Shown one piece after another: positions 49,276 to 59,510 of a stretch of 64,000 bases of DNA. The notes below the pieces were generated by a model that was not told the DNA's origin, searched no databases, and saw only the letters and a program-made list of their open reading frames with translations. A program made the position numbers and the translations under genes. This stretch comes from a virus. The stretch spans positions 106,005-170,004 of the IMG/VR virus record IMGVR_UViG_3300028840_003271; one strand, given 5' to 3'. Positions within the stretch are counted from its first letter, which is position 1. Each line of letters opens with the position of its first letter.

Positions 49276-50687
49276 AAATCGTCTACGGTTTCTTGATGTA
49301 AAAGCTCAAATTTTGTTTTTCCTTCAGTAATACGAGCGTGTTCACCTTTCATAGTACAACTAATATAATCTCCAAACGAGGTTCCTGGTCCATGACGACT
49401 TTTCAATACTACCATTTTTTTATTACCTGCTTTTACTCCATCTGCTGCAATTTCGTCTTCGGACTTGTCTTTGAAAATGGTTAGATTTGAACATAACCAC
49501 ACCACTCTATCTGAACCACTTATTACATCCGTACTTTCTTTACCAATACCGTCTCGATTAAGTTGGATAAACGCAAGTATTGGAATATTATATCGAACAG
49601 CAAAGTTATGTAATGTTGTCATCATAAAACCTAAAACTTGATATTCTTTTAGGTCTTTAGACAGGTCGTTGGTGTTCATAAGTTTGAGATAGTCATACAC
49701 AATTAAACAATTTTTTGCTATATTTTTGTTTTGAAAACCAACCGATTTAATCAACCATCGTCTCATAAGGGCAATTTGGTCTTCAAAAGGTTTTCCAGAA
49801 ATACTTTCGTGAAAATATGGAACCGATTTTAATTGTTCTGCTGATTTTGTGACTTGCAATTTGAGTTCTGGAGATTTTCCAAATTTACCCGTTTCGATAT
49901 TAAATATGTTTATTTGATTTATCATAGCAAGAAGACGATGAATATGGTCTTCTTTAGTCATTTCTGTATCTAAAAATAATACTGGTATGTTAAGTTGAGA
50001 AGCAATGTGATAACCCATATTTTGTCCTAATGTGGATTTACCAACACCACTACGACTACCAATTATATTTACGGTTGCTGGTCGTAAACCTCCACCGATT
50101 GTTTGGTCATATGCTGGAAAATTCGTAGATAAACCAACTTGTTCTACAGGATTATTGCTTAAATAATTTACATAATCTACTAAATCTTTTCCAACGGGTG
50201 TAATATCTTTTTCTGTATCGTGTAATAAAGAAGTAAAGTCAAATATAGCATCTTCAGCAATACTTAAAATTTGGGTAATACTTTCATTACCTTTAATTTC
50301 AGTAAGTTTGTCTTGAGCAGAACCAAGTTGTTGATGAAGAAGTTTACTTACTTCAAGTTTACGAATTTGAGCGGCAAATCGTCGAACATTTTCAATATTG
50401 ATGGGTAATTGATAAAGTGTTTTAATGTATTTAATATTCGATGGTTTTTGTAAAATCTGTAAACCTAATTGTTCTGCTATTGCTAACAATGATGCTAATT
50501 CAACCTGTGAAGTAGTCGTATCTTCAATAATATGTGATATACATTGATAAATTAGTGTGTTGATTTCGTCAGTGAAAGTGCTTGGTTGTAATAAATCTAC
50601 AACATCAAAATATGTTTGGTTGCCATATTGACACAATCCTGCTAATACTGCTCGTTCTAATGATGTATTTGAAAAAGCTATACTCAC
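49242..50687 (-). CDS. dnaB: replicative DNA helicase
   Basis: 'ERAVLAGL', Walker A 'SRSGVGKST', 'DTEM', 'VYDYLKL', 'QLNR', 'KSRHG'. Confidence 0.92.
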   Translation of the reverse strand: MSIAFSNTSLERAVLAGLCQYGNQTYFDVVDLLQPSTFTDEINTLIYQCISHIIEDTTTSQVELASLLAIAEQLGLQILQKPSNIKYIKTLYQLPINIENVRRFAAQIRKLEVSKLLHQQLGSAQDKLTEIKGNESITQILSIAEDAIFDFTSLLHDTEKDITPVGKDLVDYVNYLSNNPVEQVGLSTNFPAYDQTIGGGLRPATVNIIGSRSGVGKSTLGQNMGYHIASQLNIPVLFLDTEMTKEDHIHRLLAMINQINIFNIETGKFGKSPELKLQVTKSAEQLKSVPYFHESISGKPFEDQIALMRRWLIKSVGFQNKNIAKNCLIVYDYLKLMNTNDLSKDLKEYQVLGFMMTTLHNFAVRYNIPILAFIQLNRDGIGKESTDVISGSDRVVWLCSNLTIFKDKSEDEIAADGVKAGNKKMVVLKSRHGPGTSFGDYISCTMKGEHARITEGKTKFELLHQETVDDLCVPKDLECPI

Positions 50688-50689
50688 TA

Positions 50690-51127
50690 CTACTTCCTAT
50701 TTAGTATACAACGATTACATCGAAATTTTGATGATTCATTACCATCTGTTGGAGGTATTAATTCAGGAGAAACTTCAAATTCTCGATTACATCCTACACA
50801 TCGTACCTTGACTAATGCTAATGGTCGATTTCTTTCACTTGGTATCCGATCTTTCCATAGTTTTTTATCAATTTCTGTATCTTCTTTATGCATACTTGCT
50901 TCTGGCATCGAAAAAAATCTATTCCAATCGTCTTTACCATTATTTTGTTGTGACGACGTGGAAGCATTTTCTTTTTCTTTTGTTGACTGTTTAGTTTTTC
51001 TTGGTCGTCCACGTTTTCTTTTTGGTTTAGGTTGTTCCAATCCTTCTTGTAGAACTTGTGCTGCTGTTTGTAATGCCATAATAGCATTTTGAAGTTGTTC
51101 TTGTGTTAACATAATTGGTCTATCCAT
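50690..51127 (-). CDS. hypothetical protein with AT-hook-like motif and Zn ribbon
   Basis: KRKRGRPRK; CVGC...CNRC. Confidence 0.6.
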   Translation of the reverse strand: MDRPIMLTQEQLQNAIMALQTAAQVLQEGLEQPKPKRKRGRPRKTKQSTKEKENASTSSQQNNGKDDWNRFFSMPEASMHKEDTEIDKKLWKDRIPSERNRPLALVKVRCVGCNREFEVSPELIPPTDGNESSKFRCNRCILNRK

Positions 51128-51498
51128 TTATCAGTTGGTTTACGAGTATCAATACATATTAATATTATATTATTTATGTCACACCATTGAGATTTAAGTT
51201 CATCTCTTTTTTTTGATGCTAAAAATCCTAAACGAGTATTATGAAAATGAGGAATGTATTTATAGTGTTGTTCACCCTGAACTTCAATTGCAGTTTTTAT
51301 AAGAGGAAGAAAAAAGTCAAAATATAATGTAGTATACGGTCTTGGTTTGAATGATACTTCTTCTAAAATTTGAAGTGTTGGATACTGTGTTTGTAAGATT
51401 AGTTTAACTTTACGATGATTTATTGATGAATGTTCAAGGTTTTTAGAACCTTTTGGTATCCATTTTACAAAACGCCCTGTTAAATCTTCAACTATCAT
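51106..51498 (-). CDS. Vsr/DUF559-like endonuclease
   Basis: 'LYFDFFLP...AIEVQGEQHY...RDELK..WC'. Confidence 0.75.
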   Translation of the reverse strand: MIVEDLTGRFVKWIPKGSKNLEHSSINHRKVKLILQTQYPTLQILEEVSFKPRPYTTLYFDFFLPLIKTAIEVQGEQHYKYIPHFHNTRLGFLASKKRDELKSQWCDINNIILICIDTRKPTDKWIDQLC

Positions 51499-52508
51499 AC
51501 AAGTATTTTTCTCAGTTGAGAGTAAAGAGAATTATACACTTCTGGATTTTCTAATAAATAAGCACGAACTTTTTCTGTACCTTGACATTTTTCTCCAGAA
51601 GGTAGTGTGTACCAACCAGCACCACCTTTGGGTAATATACCTAAGTCGGTACAGACATTAATAAGTTCAGTTTCTTTATCAATACCATATCCATATCTAA
51701 ACTTGGATGTAAATTTTCCTCCAGGAGGACAGTTTAATGCTGACGTTGGGCATTCCCAATGAATATCTTGACCAATTTGATTTTCTCCTACTTTCCACGG
51801 AGTAAAATGTGTTGCTCTTAATTTAACATCTGCTTGATATTGAATTTTTTGACCAGACGCCTCCATCCATTGAGTATAACCCTGTCCTTGATTAGCAATA
51901 ACATGTGTTATACCGATAACTACACATTTATTAATTGGGGTTACATTACATATTCTTCGACAAAATCTTGCTAATAACATAGGAGCATCTGCTCGATAAC
52001 GATCTCCAATATCGGCTTTCATTTCTCCTTCTGTACAAAGTGCTGAAAATGAATCGATAATAAATATATCACCAGGTTTGGTATGAATTAATTGTTCGAC
52101 TATAGCAATATATTCTTCTGCTGTTAAAATATTACCTGGTGTAGATTGAATAATACTAAATCGTGTTGGATCAAGATTTAAATGGTGAATTCCTTCAAGG
52201 TCTCGTTTTTTGAGACGACCTTCAATATTAGCATAATATACATGACGACCTTCTTTTCTCCCTAAATTACAAGCATATTCAATATCTTGAGCAGTTCCAG
52301 CAAAATCTAAAGCGGTAGCAGTTTTACCAGTTTTGAATTTGCCGGTTAAAATAAAAAAACTACCTTCTGGTATGCCTCCAGTAATCATATCTAAACCAGG
52401 ACTTAAAGGTATTATGACTGGTTGACTATCAATAATTTTATTGCTTGACGATAAATGCTGATTAACATCAAGCTTTGGTTTTTTAGGTTTCTGTTCGTCA
52501 GTTGTCAT
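51495..52508 (-). CDS. recA: RecA/UvsX-like recombinase
   Basis: 'SPGLDMITGGIPEG', Walker A 'GKFKTGKT', Walker B 'IIDSFSAL', 'GYGIDKE', 'GAGWY', 'CQG.EK...YL.ENPE'. Confidence 0.88.
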   Translation of the reverse strand: MTTDEQKPKKPKLDVNQHLSSSNKIIDSQPVIIPLSPGLDMITGGIPEGSFFILTGKFKTGKTATALDFAGTAQDIEYACNLGRKEGRHVYYANIEGRLKKRDLEGIHHLNLDPTRFSIIQSTPGNILTAEEYIAIVEQLIHTKPGDIFIIDSFSALCTEGEMKADIGDRYRADAPMLLARFCRRICNVTPINKCVVIGITHVIANQGQGYTQWMEASGQKIQYQADVKLRATHFTPWKVGENQIGQDIHWECPTSALNCPPGGKFTSKFRYGYGIDKETELINVCTDLGILPKGGAGWYTLPSGEKCQGTEKVRAYLLENPEVYNSLYSQLRKILV

Positions 52509-52945
52509 TTGTCGTTTTTTTCTGCCTGTTTGAGTATATCAATAAGATTTATAGGAGTTTGTTTAGATCGTGGAACAGAATTTGTTGAACGATTAATTAC
52601 AGTATTGGAAACAGAAGTTTTTGTATTAATTTTTTGTTGTTCTGCTTCAACCATATTGAGAAACCGTTCAGTAAAAATAGAATATGAATTTTGCCAAGGT
52701 TTTGATTGGATCACATTTAGTATTGCTTGTGAGTCAAATTGTTTTAAGAGTTTAGAAATTTGTCGTAAATTTTTTCGATAAAAGTTGGACCATCGAGGTA
52801 TTTTCCAAAATTGAATTGGTAATACTTGTTTATCAAAACTTGCTTTGTGTTCACAAATAAGTTCATTAATATATTGAGCAAAAGTAATTTCTTTATTTGG
52901 TGTTGCTGAATATTTTGAATAATACTTATTCTTATTATTACTCAT
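52505..52945 (-). CDS. hypothetical protein
   Basis: 146 aa ORF overlapping both neighbours. Confidence 0.6.
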   Translation of the reverse strand: MSNNKNKYYSKYSATPNKEITFAQYINELICEHKASFDKQVLPIQFWKIPRWSNFYRKNLRQISKLLKQFDSQAILNVIQSKPWQNSYSIFTERFLNMVEAEQQKINTKTSVSNTVINRSTNSVPRSKQTPINLIDILKQAEKNDK

Positions 52946-53504
52946 ATTTTTTCTCTCGAATATTGAAAATATTACCTTTTAAAGATCTAGGAAGACCATT
53001 AGGAGTTGTATCTGATGCTTCTACTTTTTCAGATGCGGCTTGTGTCATAATTGCTACATTACCTTTACCTCCTCCGGTTGTATGCACCATCATATCACCA
53101 GCAGTACGACATGCCATTGCCCATACAACCAAAGTATCTTTATCCATAGGTGTACCATTTTGTTTAATTGCACGAGCAATAAGAATTCCAATTTTATCTT
53201 GTGGTACATTTTGTAAAGCTAATTCTTTAGAAGCGTCTTCCTTAATTTTAGCAAAAGAAGTTAGTTCTTTCTTTTGTTTAGATAATTTTTTAACTTCCTT
53301 TTTTAATTTTTTGTTTTCTTCTGCTTGTACTAGTTGTAATTTTGTTACCTGTTCGTGAATTTTATCAAGTTCACCCTCAACATATTTTTTAATTGTGGAT
53401 TGTGTACGACCAAGTTCTTGTGATATTTCTTCAATACTTTTCTTTTGATGCAACATGCCCTGTATAGCATATTTTTCTGTATTAGTTAATCTACCTTTTG
53501 CCAT
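52938..53504 (-). CDS. HTH domain protein
   Basis: 'LTNTEKYAIQGM...SIEEISQELGRTQSTIKKYV' N-terminal HTH. Confidence 0.7.
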   Translation of the reverse strand: MAKGRLTNTEKYAIQGMLHQKKSIEEISQELGRTQSTIKKYVEGELDKIHEQVTKLQLVQAEENKKLKKEVKKLSKQKKELTSFAKIKEDASKELALQNVPQDKIGILIARAIKQNGTPMDKDTLVVWAMACRTAGDMMVHTTGGGKGNVAIMTQAASEKVEASDTTPNGLPRSLKGNIFNIREKKYE

Positions 53505-53506
53505 TT

Positions 53507-53971
53507 TTATTCTCCCATATTTCTTTGTGCGATTGAATATAATACTGGTTTACGAGTTTTTAGAAATTCAATATACTTCTCAAACACGGATTCTGGAACC
53601 GATTTGAATTTCCAAAGAGCAATGTTTGACCGTGTAACATTACTATGTCGAATATTAAGATCTGCTTTTAACGGATTATAAAGTTTATTATTTCTATCAC
53701 ATTTAATGTAATAGGTAACTTGATTATTATATCTCACTTTTTTGGCATAAGCATGAATTGAGCGTTCTGCTGAACGAATTTTACCAGTTCGCTTATCTAT
53801 ATCATCGTCTAATGCCGGATAGCCTTCCAAGTTAGGATATCCTTCTGTGTCAATATTGATTGTGTGTTCACCGAGAATAGTAAATACTAAAGTATAATTA
53901 GGTAATATTTCTTCTTTTGGATGTGAAGTACAAATTGAATTTTCTATTTCTTGAGAAGTAAATCTATTCAT
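53507..53971 (-). CDS. hypothetical protein
   Basis: 154 aa ORF within the operon. Confidence 0.6.
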   Translation of the reverse strand: MNRFTSQEIENSICTSHPKEEILPNYTLVFTILGEHTINIDTEGYPNLEGYPALDDDIDKRTGKIRSAERSIHAYAKKVRYNNQVTYYIKCDRNNKLYNPLKADLNIRHSNVTRSNIALWKFKSVPESVFEKYIEFLKTRKPVLYSIAQRNMGE

Positions 53972-54179
53972 GCTTTTTCTCCAGTTGTTTTAGGTCATTT
54001 AGAAAATCTTTGACTTTTTGTTGACATTCATCAAGATTTTTACCTTTTAGAATAATATTTGTGCTTAAATGTTTGGTAGGTATACCTGTTACACGACCAT
54101 CACGCAGTCGTTCCATAATATCAATTTTTACTACTCCTACGGCACTATGAGGAGCATTAGGATTTTTATTTTTTGACAT
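53964..54179 (-). CDS. hypothetical protein
   Basis: 71 aa ORF overlapping both neighbours. Confidence 0.55.
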   Translation of the reverse strand: MSKNKNPNAPHSAVGVVKIDIMERLRDGRVTGIPTKHLSTNIILKGKNLDECQQKVKDFLNDLKQLEKKHE

Positions 54180-54561
54180 TTATTTTTCTCTTGGGTTTTA
54201 TTCTATCTTTACCTTTAACTATTCGTTCACAGAATTTTTCTGGATCTCTTTTTCTTCTCTTTATTCCTGAAGGCAGGTCTCGTTCTGGTGTTTTAAAGAG
54301 ATATTCATTATGTTTATATGCTAAAGCCCTTTTTTCGTCATCACTCATTCTTGATGAATTTCGTTCAGCTAAATGTCCTAATTTAATTTCGTTATCGCTT
54401 TTGATGACTGAAGATGTTGTTGTGGATAAATCGGTTTGATAATCTCGTTGGGTTTTTTGTCCACATTCTGGACATTGTTGGTTATCGGTGTAATCACACA
54501 TTAACATATAAAGTTCATATGAATGATTACAGTGAGGACAATAAAAACTATAGGTCGGCAT
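54166..54561 (-). CDS. FmdB-like zinc ribbon protein
   Basis: 'MPTYSFYCPHC...CPECG'. Confidence 0.8.
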   Translation of the reverse strand: MPTYSFYCPHCNHSYELYMLMCDYTDNQQCPECGQKTQRDYQTDLSTTTSSVIKSDNEIKLGHLAERNSSRMSDDEKRALAYKHNEYLFKTPERDLPSGIKRRKRDPEKFCERIVKGKDRIKPKRKINVKK

Positions 54562-54599
54562 GATATATTACACCTTTTTCCACAAAAAATATATAATAT

Positions 54600-57500
54600 T
54601 TAAATTAAACACGCTCCACCTGAACAGGTTGGTTCGTTTTCAAAATGTGTGTTATCCGTTTCTTCAACCATTTTTGTATAATCAACCGGTTTAAGATTGG
54701 ATTGTAATTCACAATAAAGTTTCCAATTATAAACATCTTTCATACAATATGTAAGTTGACGAATATCATTATCGACAAATTTTTTAGCAAATTTTACCAT
54801 GTCATCATAAAATTCAAGCTGTAAAACAGATTTTCTAGCTTTTCGTCTGTCTTTAAGTGTAAGTTTTTCTGCTTCTTCTCTTTGTGTATCAATAAGACAA
54901 AAGTCACACGCTTGCCATAAATTGTTGTCAAAAGCTCTTAATGCTCTTTCAATAAGTCCACTTGTCCAGATAGCATAGTTTCCGTATTTTGATACAATTT
55001 CGTGTGACATGAGAACTGTAGTATATGGTGCTTGTGGATAATCCAAATCTCCTTTTTCAGAAATAAAAGAAAGTCCAACAAAATGTCGTCTATTTTTATA
55101 AATAAAATCTATTATTTCATCCCATTCATCATCTTGTACAAATATTGTATTACTTACACTATGATTCAACCATGGTTTCAAACACAAATCGATATTTTTA
55201 CCTGAATTTATCCAATTTTGTTGAGTATTTTTGACACATTCCAACATAGATAATGCTGAAAAATTATATTTAGTTTTTGAACCAGCAGGAACTTCAATAG
55301 GAAAAATAATATTTTCATCTGTTGAATTCGATGACCAAATTGAAGTTTCTACAGCCCAAGGGTTGTTTCTTTTGAAATGTTGATAAGGAATTTCTGTAAT
55401 ATTGTTTTGTACCCGTCTTAAATATCTTTTTGCATGATGTGGATGAATACCAGACGACGTACTACACAATAGGGAGGCTGTACCGGATGGTTTAATGGCA
55501 GTACAGCGTGCTGCTGAATTTATTCCAATTTTAGTAGCAAAGTCTCTGTTAGTTTTTTGAATTAACTTTGCTGCTTTTTTTTGTATTGATGAGTTAAGAG
55601 TAATTTCACTTTTTTCCATCATGCCGGTCATTGACACACCTAATAATGCTTCTTTTTCAACTATTTTTTGTGTAGGATTTTTGAGATAAGAAAAGTCTGT
55701 TAAACCAGCTTGTAGAGTTCCAATAATAGTGGCAGCTTTACATCTTTCATAAAAATCTTCTTCGTTTTCAAGATTACCACAGTTTATTGTTGATAAATTA
55801 CAAAATGACCACCCAGAAGTTGAAGTTTCATCGTCATGGGCATAAAGTGCAATTTCTCCACAATTTGCTACATGACAACCGTGTGTCCAATATGAATGTG
55901 ACACATCTGCTGTTGTTAAATCATAAACGTCGTCCATACCAATAAATTCTTTGCTAATTATATCATATGTAGTTTTACTACGACACGACTTAATATTAAG
56001 AATTTTATTAAGTTTGTCTTGTTTGTATTTTTGAATAAAACCTATATATTTAGCAAATATTTTTCTGTCTGTAGAAATGTTTAAATCGTAACTTTTTTTA
56101 CATGGATAACATCCGTTTTGAAATTTTACCATACAACCTTTATTTGTAGTAAAATATGACTTTATACCTATACTTGATAACATTAATTGAACATTTTCAA
56201 TAATATTTTTTGATGCTGATTTTAAGGTAATACGATTACCACAAATACTACCATTTGCTGAAAACAATCCTCTTAAAAACGAAGCCACTTCTTCAGCATT
56301 ACCCTCAATATATCTCTTGGGTATAGAGCGTTCGTATGTTAATGGTAATTCTGAATATAGAATATTTGTTTGAATTGTATAAGCGTGTGTGCTAATACCA
56401 GGTCTATGTTTAATAATATATTTTGATACTTCGTCGGTAAAATAGTCTTTATCTTTTTGACCAATACATAAATATACTAAATTATTAGATGCTTTATGAA
56501 CCGAACCATCTCCTAATACTAAACCGTCCATTACATATTGTTGATTTAAAAATAATGAATCGTTGTTTGGTCCAGTAATAATATCAATACTTTCGGCTTG
56601 GTCTACTTCTATTTTTTCTTTATTAGTTAAAACTTTATGATGAGCAGTTCCATAAAAGACACTTGCTGTAGTATTATATTTATAAATTGATTGAATACCC
56701 TTATGGGTTTTATTGGTTACTGTTGTCCAATTTTTACCAGTCCATATTAAATCTCCAATATTTATATTATCAATTTGTTGTAATCCTTCTGGAGTAAGAA
56801 TATAAGCCCATCCTGGCTGACAGGGATTAATAAGTGCTTCTTTATCGTCTGCAAATATAAATCCGGGCTCGCCATATTCACGAATATTTTCAAAAATTTG
56901 CTTGAATGTTTTTTTGTCTATTTCTTTTCTCAATAAAATTACCGAATTATTTGCTCGTGCTCTTTGTGGATTTTCTTGAAGCCAATTTCCTGTTTTGCAT
57001 TTCATCATTTCTTTATCGTCTAATGAAAATAATGCTATACACGAAGATCGACGAACTCCACCACTTAGAACGGCATCGGAAATGTAACATATCAGGTCGT
57101 GAGCGTCGATAGGTTTTAATCTCTCCTGTCCGTCTTTGATGCACCTATCCAACAGAGCACGTATTTTATTATGGGCTCGTTTTAAAGGTTCTGGACCTGG
57201 AGCACGTCCTGATGACGAGCTTAAATAAGCACCTTCTGGACGAATTTTACTATAATTGAATTCAACATATTGTCCAGCAGGTGATAAATATGACGAGACT
57301 AATTTACCAATTGAATCAGACCATCCTTCAATAGTATCTGGAATAATAAATTGTTCAGCACTTTTCCAACCATATTTATTTTTTACTCCGTAAACAGCAT
57401 CTTGATTAAATTTTGGTAATTGATTAATGTGTTGAAATTGAACACTGTAGCCCACTCCTGCTCCACACAACAAAACATACATACATTCTTGAAAAAAATC

Positions 57501-57791
57501 GAGACGATTTACATACGATCCTGAACAATTGTACGATCTAACATTTTTCTTTAGTACTGGTTTACCACCAAATTGTAGTAATCTTTGACTACCTAATACC
57601 TTTTTCTCTAACATAAAATCATAAGCCCAATTTATTTCGTCGTCCACATTCTTGTCTTTATATTTTTCCAACATCATATTTTTTACACGATCTACTGCTT
57701 CTTGCCAAGTTTCTCTGCGTTTTTGATCTGGTAACCAACGAGCATATTTTGATACGAACGTATATTTTTGAAGTTCCTTGAGTGCCGTCAT
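54600..57791 (-). CDS. nrdJ: class II (B12-dependent, monomeric RTPR-type) ribonucleotide reductase with intein
   Basis: 'SKYARW...RRETW.E.V.RV', 'YNCS', 'SGGVRRSS', 'RARANNS', 'GEPG', NP|CGEI after intein removal, 'CNLS', 'KPSGT', C-terminal 'CSGGAC'. Confidence 0.92.
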   Translation of the reverse strand: MTALKELQKYTFVSKYARWLPDQKRRETWQEAVDRVKNMMLEKYKDKNVDDEINWAYDFMLEKKVLGSQRLLQFGGKPVLKKNVRSYNCSGSYVNRLDFFQECMYVLLCGAGVGYSVQFQHINQLPKFNQDAVYGVKNKYGWKSAEQFIIPDTIEGWSDSIGKLVSSYLSPAGQYVEFNYSKIRPEGAYLSSSSGRAPGPEPLKRAHNKIRALLDRCIKDGQERLKPIDAHDLICYISDAVLSGGVRRSSCIALFSLDDKEMMKCKTGNWLQENPQRARANNSVILLRKEIDKKTFKQIFENIREYGEPGFIFADDKEALINPCQPGWAYILTPEGLQQIDNINIGDLIWTGKNWTTVTNKTHKGIQSIYKYNTTASVFYGTAHHKVLTNKEKIEVDQAESIDIITGPNNDSLFLNQQYVMDGLVLGDGSVHKASNNLVYLCIGQKDKDYFTDEVSKYIIKHRPGISTHAYTIQTNILYSELPLTYERSIPKRYIEGNAEEVASFLRGLFSANGSICGNRITLKSASKNIIENVQLMLSSIGIKSYFTTNKGCMVKFQNGCYPCKKSYDLNISTDRKIFAKYIGFIQKYKQDKLNKILNIKSCRSKTTYDIISKEFIGMDDVYDLTTADVSHSYWTHGCHVANCGEIALYAHDDETSTSGWSFCNLSTINCGNLENEEDFYERCKAATIIGTLQAGLTDFSYLKNPTQKIVEKEALLGVSMTGMMEKSEITLNSSIQKKAAKLIQKTNRDFATKIGINSAARCTAIKPSGTASLLCSTSSGIHPHHAKRYLRRVQNNITEIPYQHFKRNNPWAVETSIWSSNSTDENIIFPIEVPAGSKTKYNFSALSMLECVKNTQQNWINSGKNIDLCLKPWLNHSVSNTIFVQDDEWDEIIDFIYKNRRHFVGLSFISEKGDLDYPQAPYTTVLMSHEIVSKYGNYAIWTSGLIERALRAFDNNLWQACDFCLIDTQREEAEKLTLKDRRKARKSVLQLEFYDDMVKFAKKFVDNDIRQLTYCMKDVYNWKLYCELQSNLKPVDYTKMVEETDNTHFENEPTCSGGACLI
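55863..56822 (-). mobile_element. intein with LAGLIDADG endonuclease (320 aa) at the RNR active-site Cys
   Basis: Starts CQPGWAYILT; 'GTAHHKV'; 'GLVLGDG' and 'FLRGLFSANG'; 'VYDLT'; ends HVAN before the +1 Cys of CGEI. Confidence 0.9.
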
Positions 57792-57794
57792 GAG

Positions 57795-58055
57795 TTATTG
57801 ATCCGTTTTATCTTTGTTTTCAGTATTCCTATACATTTTGCTAACAATTTTTTCTGCTTCTTTTGCATCTGGTACGCGGGACTTTTTTCGTCGTTTGGGT
57901 TTACCTTGATTACGATACCAAAAACTTGCTAATTTTTCTGCTGAATTTGTTTTGTATGTTCTTTTTTGAGGAGTTGGATTTCCTGAAGCATCTTTGGCAG
58001 ATAAAGTAATTTCAAATGAACAGCTTGGTTCTGATTCTTTTTGGTTTTTTGTCAT
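57795..58055 (-). CDS. basic hypothetical protein
   Basis: 86 aa, ATGA overlap. Confidence 0.6.
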   Translation of the reverse strand: MTKNQKESEPSCSFEITLSAKDASGNPTPQKRTYKTNSAEKLASFWYRNQGKPKRRKKSRVPDAKEAEKIVSKMYRNTENKDKTDQ

Positions 58056-58642
58056 TTGTTTACCTTTGGATAATCAATGTGTCGTATTATAAACTTATCA
58101 TTAGTGATTTTCATTAGCCATAATAATATTTCAAGTCGATGTTGCCTTTCAGGATCGTTTAACATATTGATGCTATGATTACCATACACAATAGTTGTGA
58201 TGCCAGCCTGCCATAATTTTTGAAGACAGTTTTCACAAGGATGACCGGTAACATATAAGGTTGTATTGAGAGTAGACTTACCTTGACGAGCACATGATAG
58301 CAACACATTTTCTTCTGCATGTATCATAAAAGGATATTTTTCTGGTCTTAAATTGGGTAATACACGATTAGGTATGTTTCGAATAAAACCATTATATCCA
58401 GTTGCTACAATTTCATTATCTGAATTTACCAACACTGCCCCACATTGAGTTTGAGCGTCGGGACTTCTTTTAGCAACTTCATATGCTAATTTGAGATAAT
58501 ACAAATTCCAATTATCTCTATCTTCAATATGTTTTGTATTACAATATTCTTCTTGCCATGATGATAAAAGTTCAATTGCTTCTAAAGACACTTTATGTAA
58601 AGAAGCAGACTGACATAATGATGAAATAGATTTATTATCCAT
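58052..58642 (-). CDS. dCMP deaminase
   Basis: 'RSPDAQTQCGAVLV', 'TGYNG', 'HAEEN', 'PCENC'. Confidence 0.92.
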   Translation of the reverse strand: MDNKSISSLCQSASLHKVSLEAIELLSSWQEEYCNTKHIEDRDNWNLYYLKLAYEVAKRSPDAQTQCGAVLVNSDNEIVATGYNGFIRNIPNRVLPNLRPEKYPFMIHAEENVLLSCARQGKSTLNTTLYVTGHPCENCLQKLWQAGITTIVYGNHSINMLNDPERQHRLEILLWLMKITNDKFIIRHIDYPKVNK

Positions 58643-58674
58643 AATATTTATTGAGAGAAAAATAAAAAGTGATT

Positions 58675-59493
58675 TTAGAAGTTAAACCATATTTTTTCTG
58701 TAACAAAATTACTAGTTTTATTACTATTTTTTCCACAAGACGCTCTGGTATAATTAGAAGTGTTCCAATTTTTCAAATTTGAATTATATAAGACGCTATC
58801 ATAACCAGAAAGAATAATTTTACATTTGTTTTGTAAATCAATACACAGTTCTAATAATGTATTATGATTAATTTGACAAAATGCTAATTTACTTTTAGAC
58901 GATTGTAAATATGGAGGATCTAAATAGATAAGAGAATTTGGTGTAAGAGTTTGTTGAATTAATTTGAAAAATTCTTTATAATCTAAATTAGATATATTTA
59001 CATCTTTTAATAGAATTTTAGCATTTTTAAATCTTTGGATAGTGTTTTTTTTATTGTGCTTATTTAACGATGGATGAGTAGGAGAATCTGTTAAATTTGC
59101 TCCTCCTCCAAAAAATGCTCCATTATAAGCACAAAATGATTCTGCTAAATATTTTTCGTGACAGTGTTTCATTTTCATAAAATGGTTATAAATATCTTTA
59201 TCTATCCAATTAGGCACAAAATCATAATCACCATCATATTGTTGTAATGCTATTAAAAATTTGTAGGTGTGTGGGTCGTTTAAAAAAACTTTTTTATTTT
59301 GTTGTGTTGTCCATTTATAAGACAGCGTATCATTTGGTTGATAATATTTAAAATCGTTAGCTAGACGAAAAAACACATTACCACGACCAGCAAAAGGTTC
59401 ATAATAATTATCAATTTTAAAATTTATGTTGTACAAAATCCATTTGGCAACTCTACACTTACTACCATGGTATTTGAAAGTTGGTGTTCTCAT
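58675..59493 (-). CDS. DNA adenine methyltransferase (Dam/D12 class)
   Basis: 'KYHGSK', 'YYEPFAGRGNVF', 'IYLDPPY', 'LSGY'. Confidence 0.88.
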   Translation of the reverse strand: MRTPTFKYHGSKCRVAKWILYNINFKIDNYYEPFAGRGNVFFRLANDFKYYQPNDTLSYKWTTQQNKKVFLNDPHTYKFLIALQQYDGDYDFVPNWIDKDIYNHFMKMKHCHEKYLAESFCAYNGAFFGGGANLTDSPTHPSLNKHNKKNTIQRFKNAKILLKDVNISNLDYKEFFKLIQQTLTPNSLIYLDPPYLQSSKSKLAFCQINHNTLLELCIDLQNKCKIILSGYDSVLYNSNLKNWNTSNYTRASCGKNSNKTSNFVTEKIWFNF

Positions 59494-59510
59494 AGTAAAA
59501 AAACAAGTGG

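Noticed and set aside
50281-50293. 12-13 nt matches of the D1 region (CTTTCATTACCTT) in dnaB and in the TnpB-like gene (about 25115-25126)
   Set aside because: Short AT-rich matches that overlap scaffold rather than variable sequence; compatible with chance.
45460-59493. Restriction-modification pair (PD-(D/E)XK ORF plus adenine MTase)
   Set aside because: The genes are about 13 kb apart, and orphan MTases and nucleases are common in phages.
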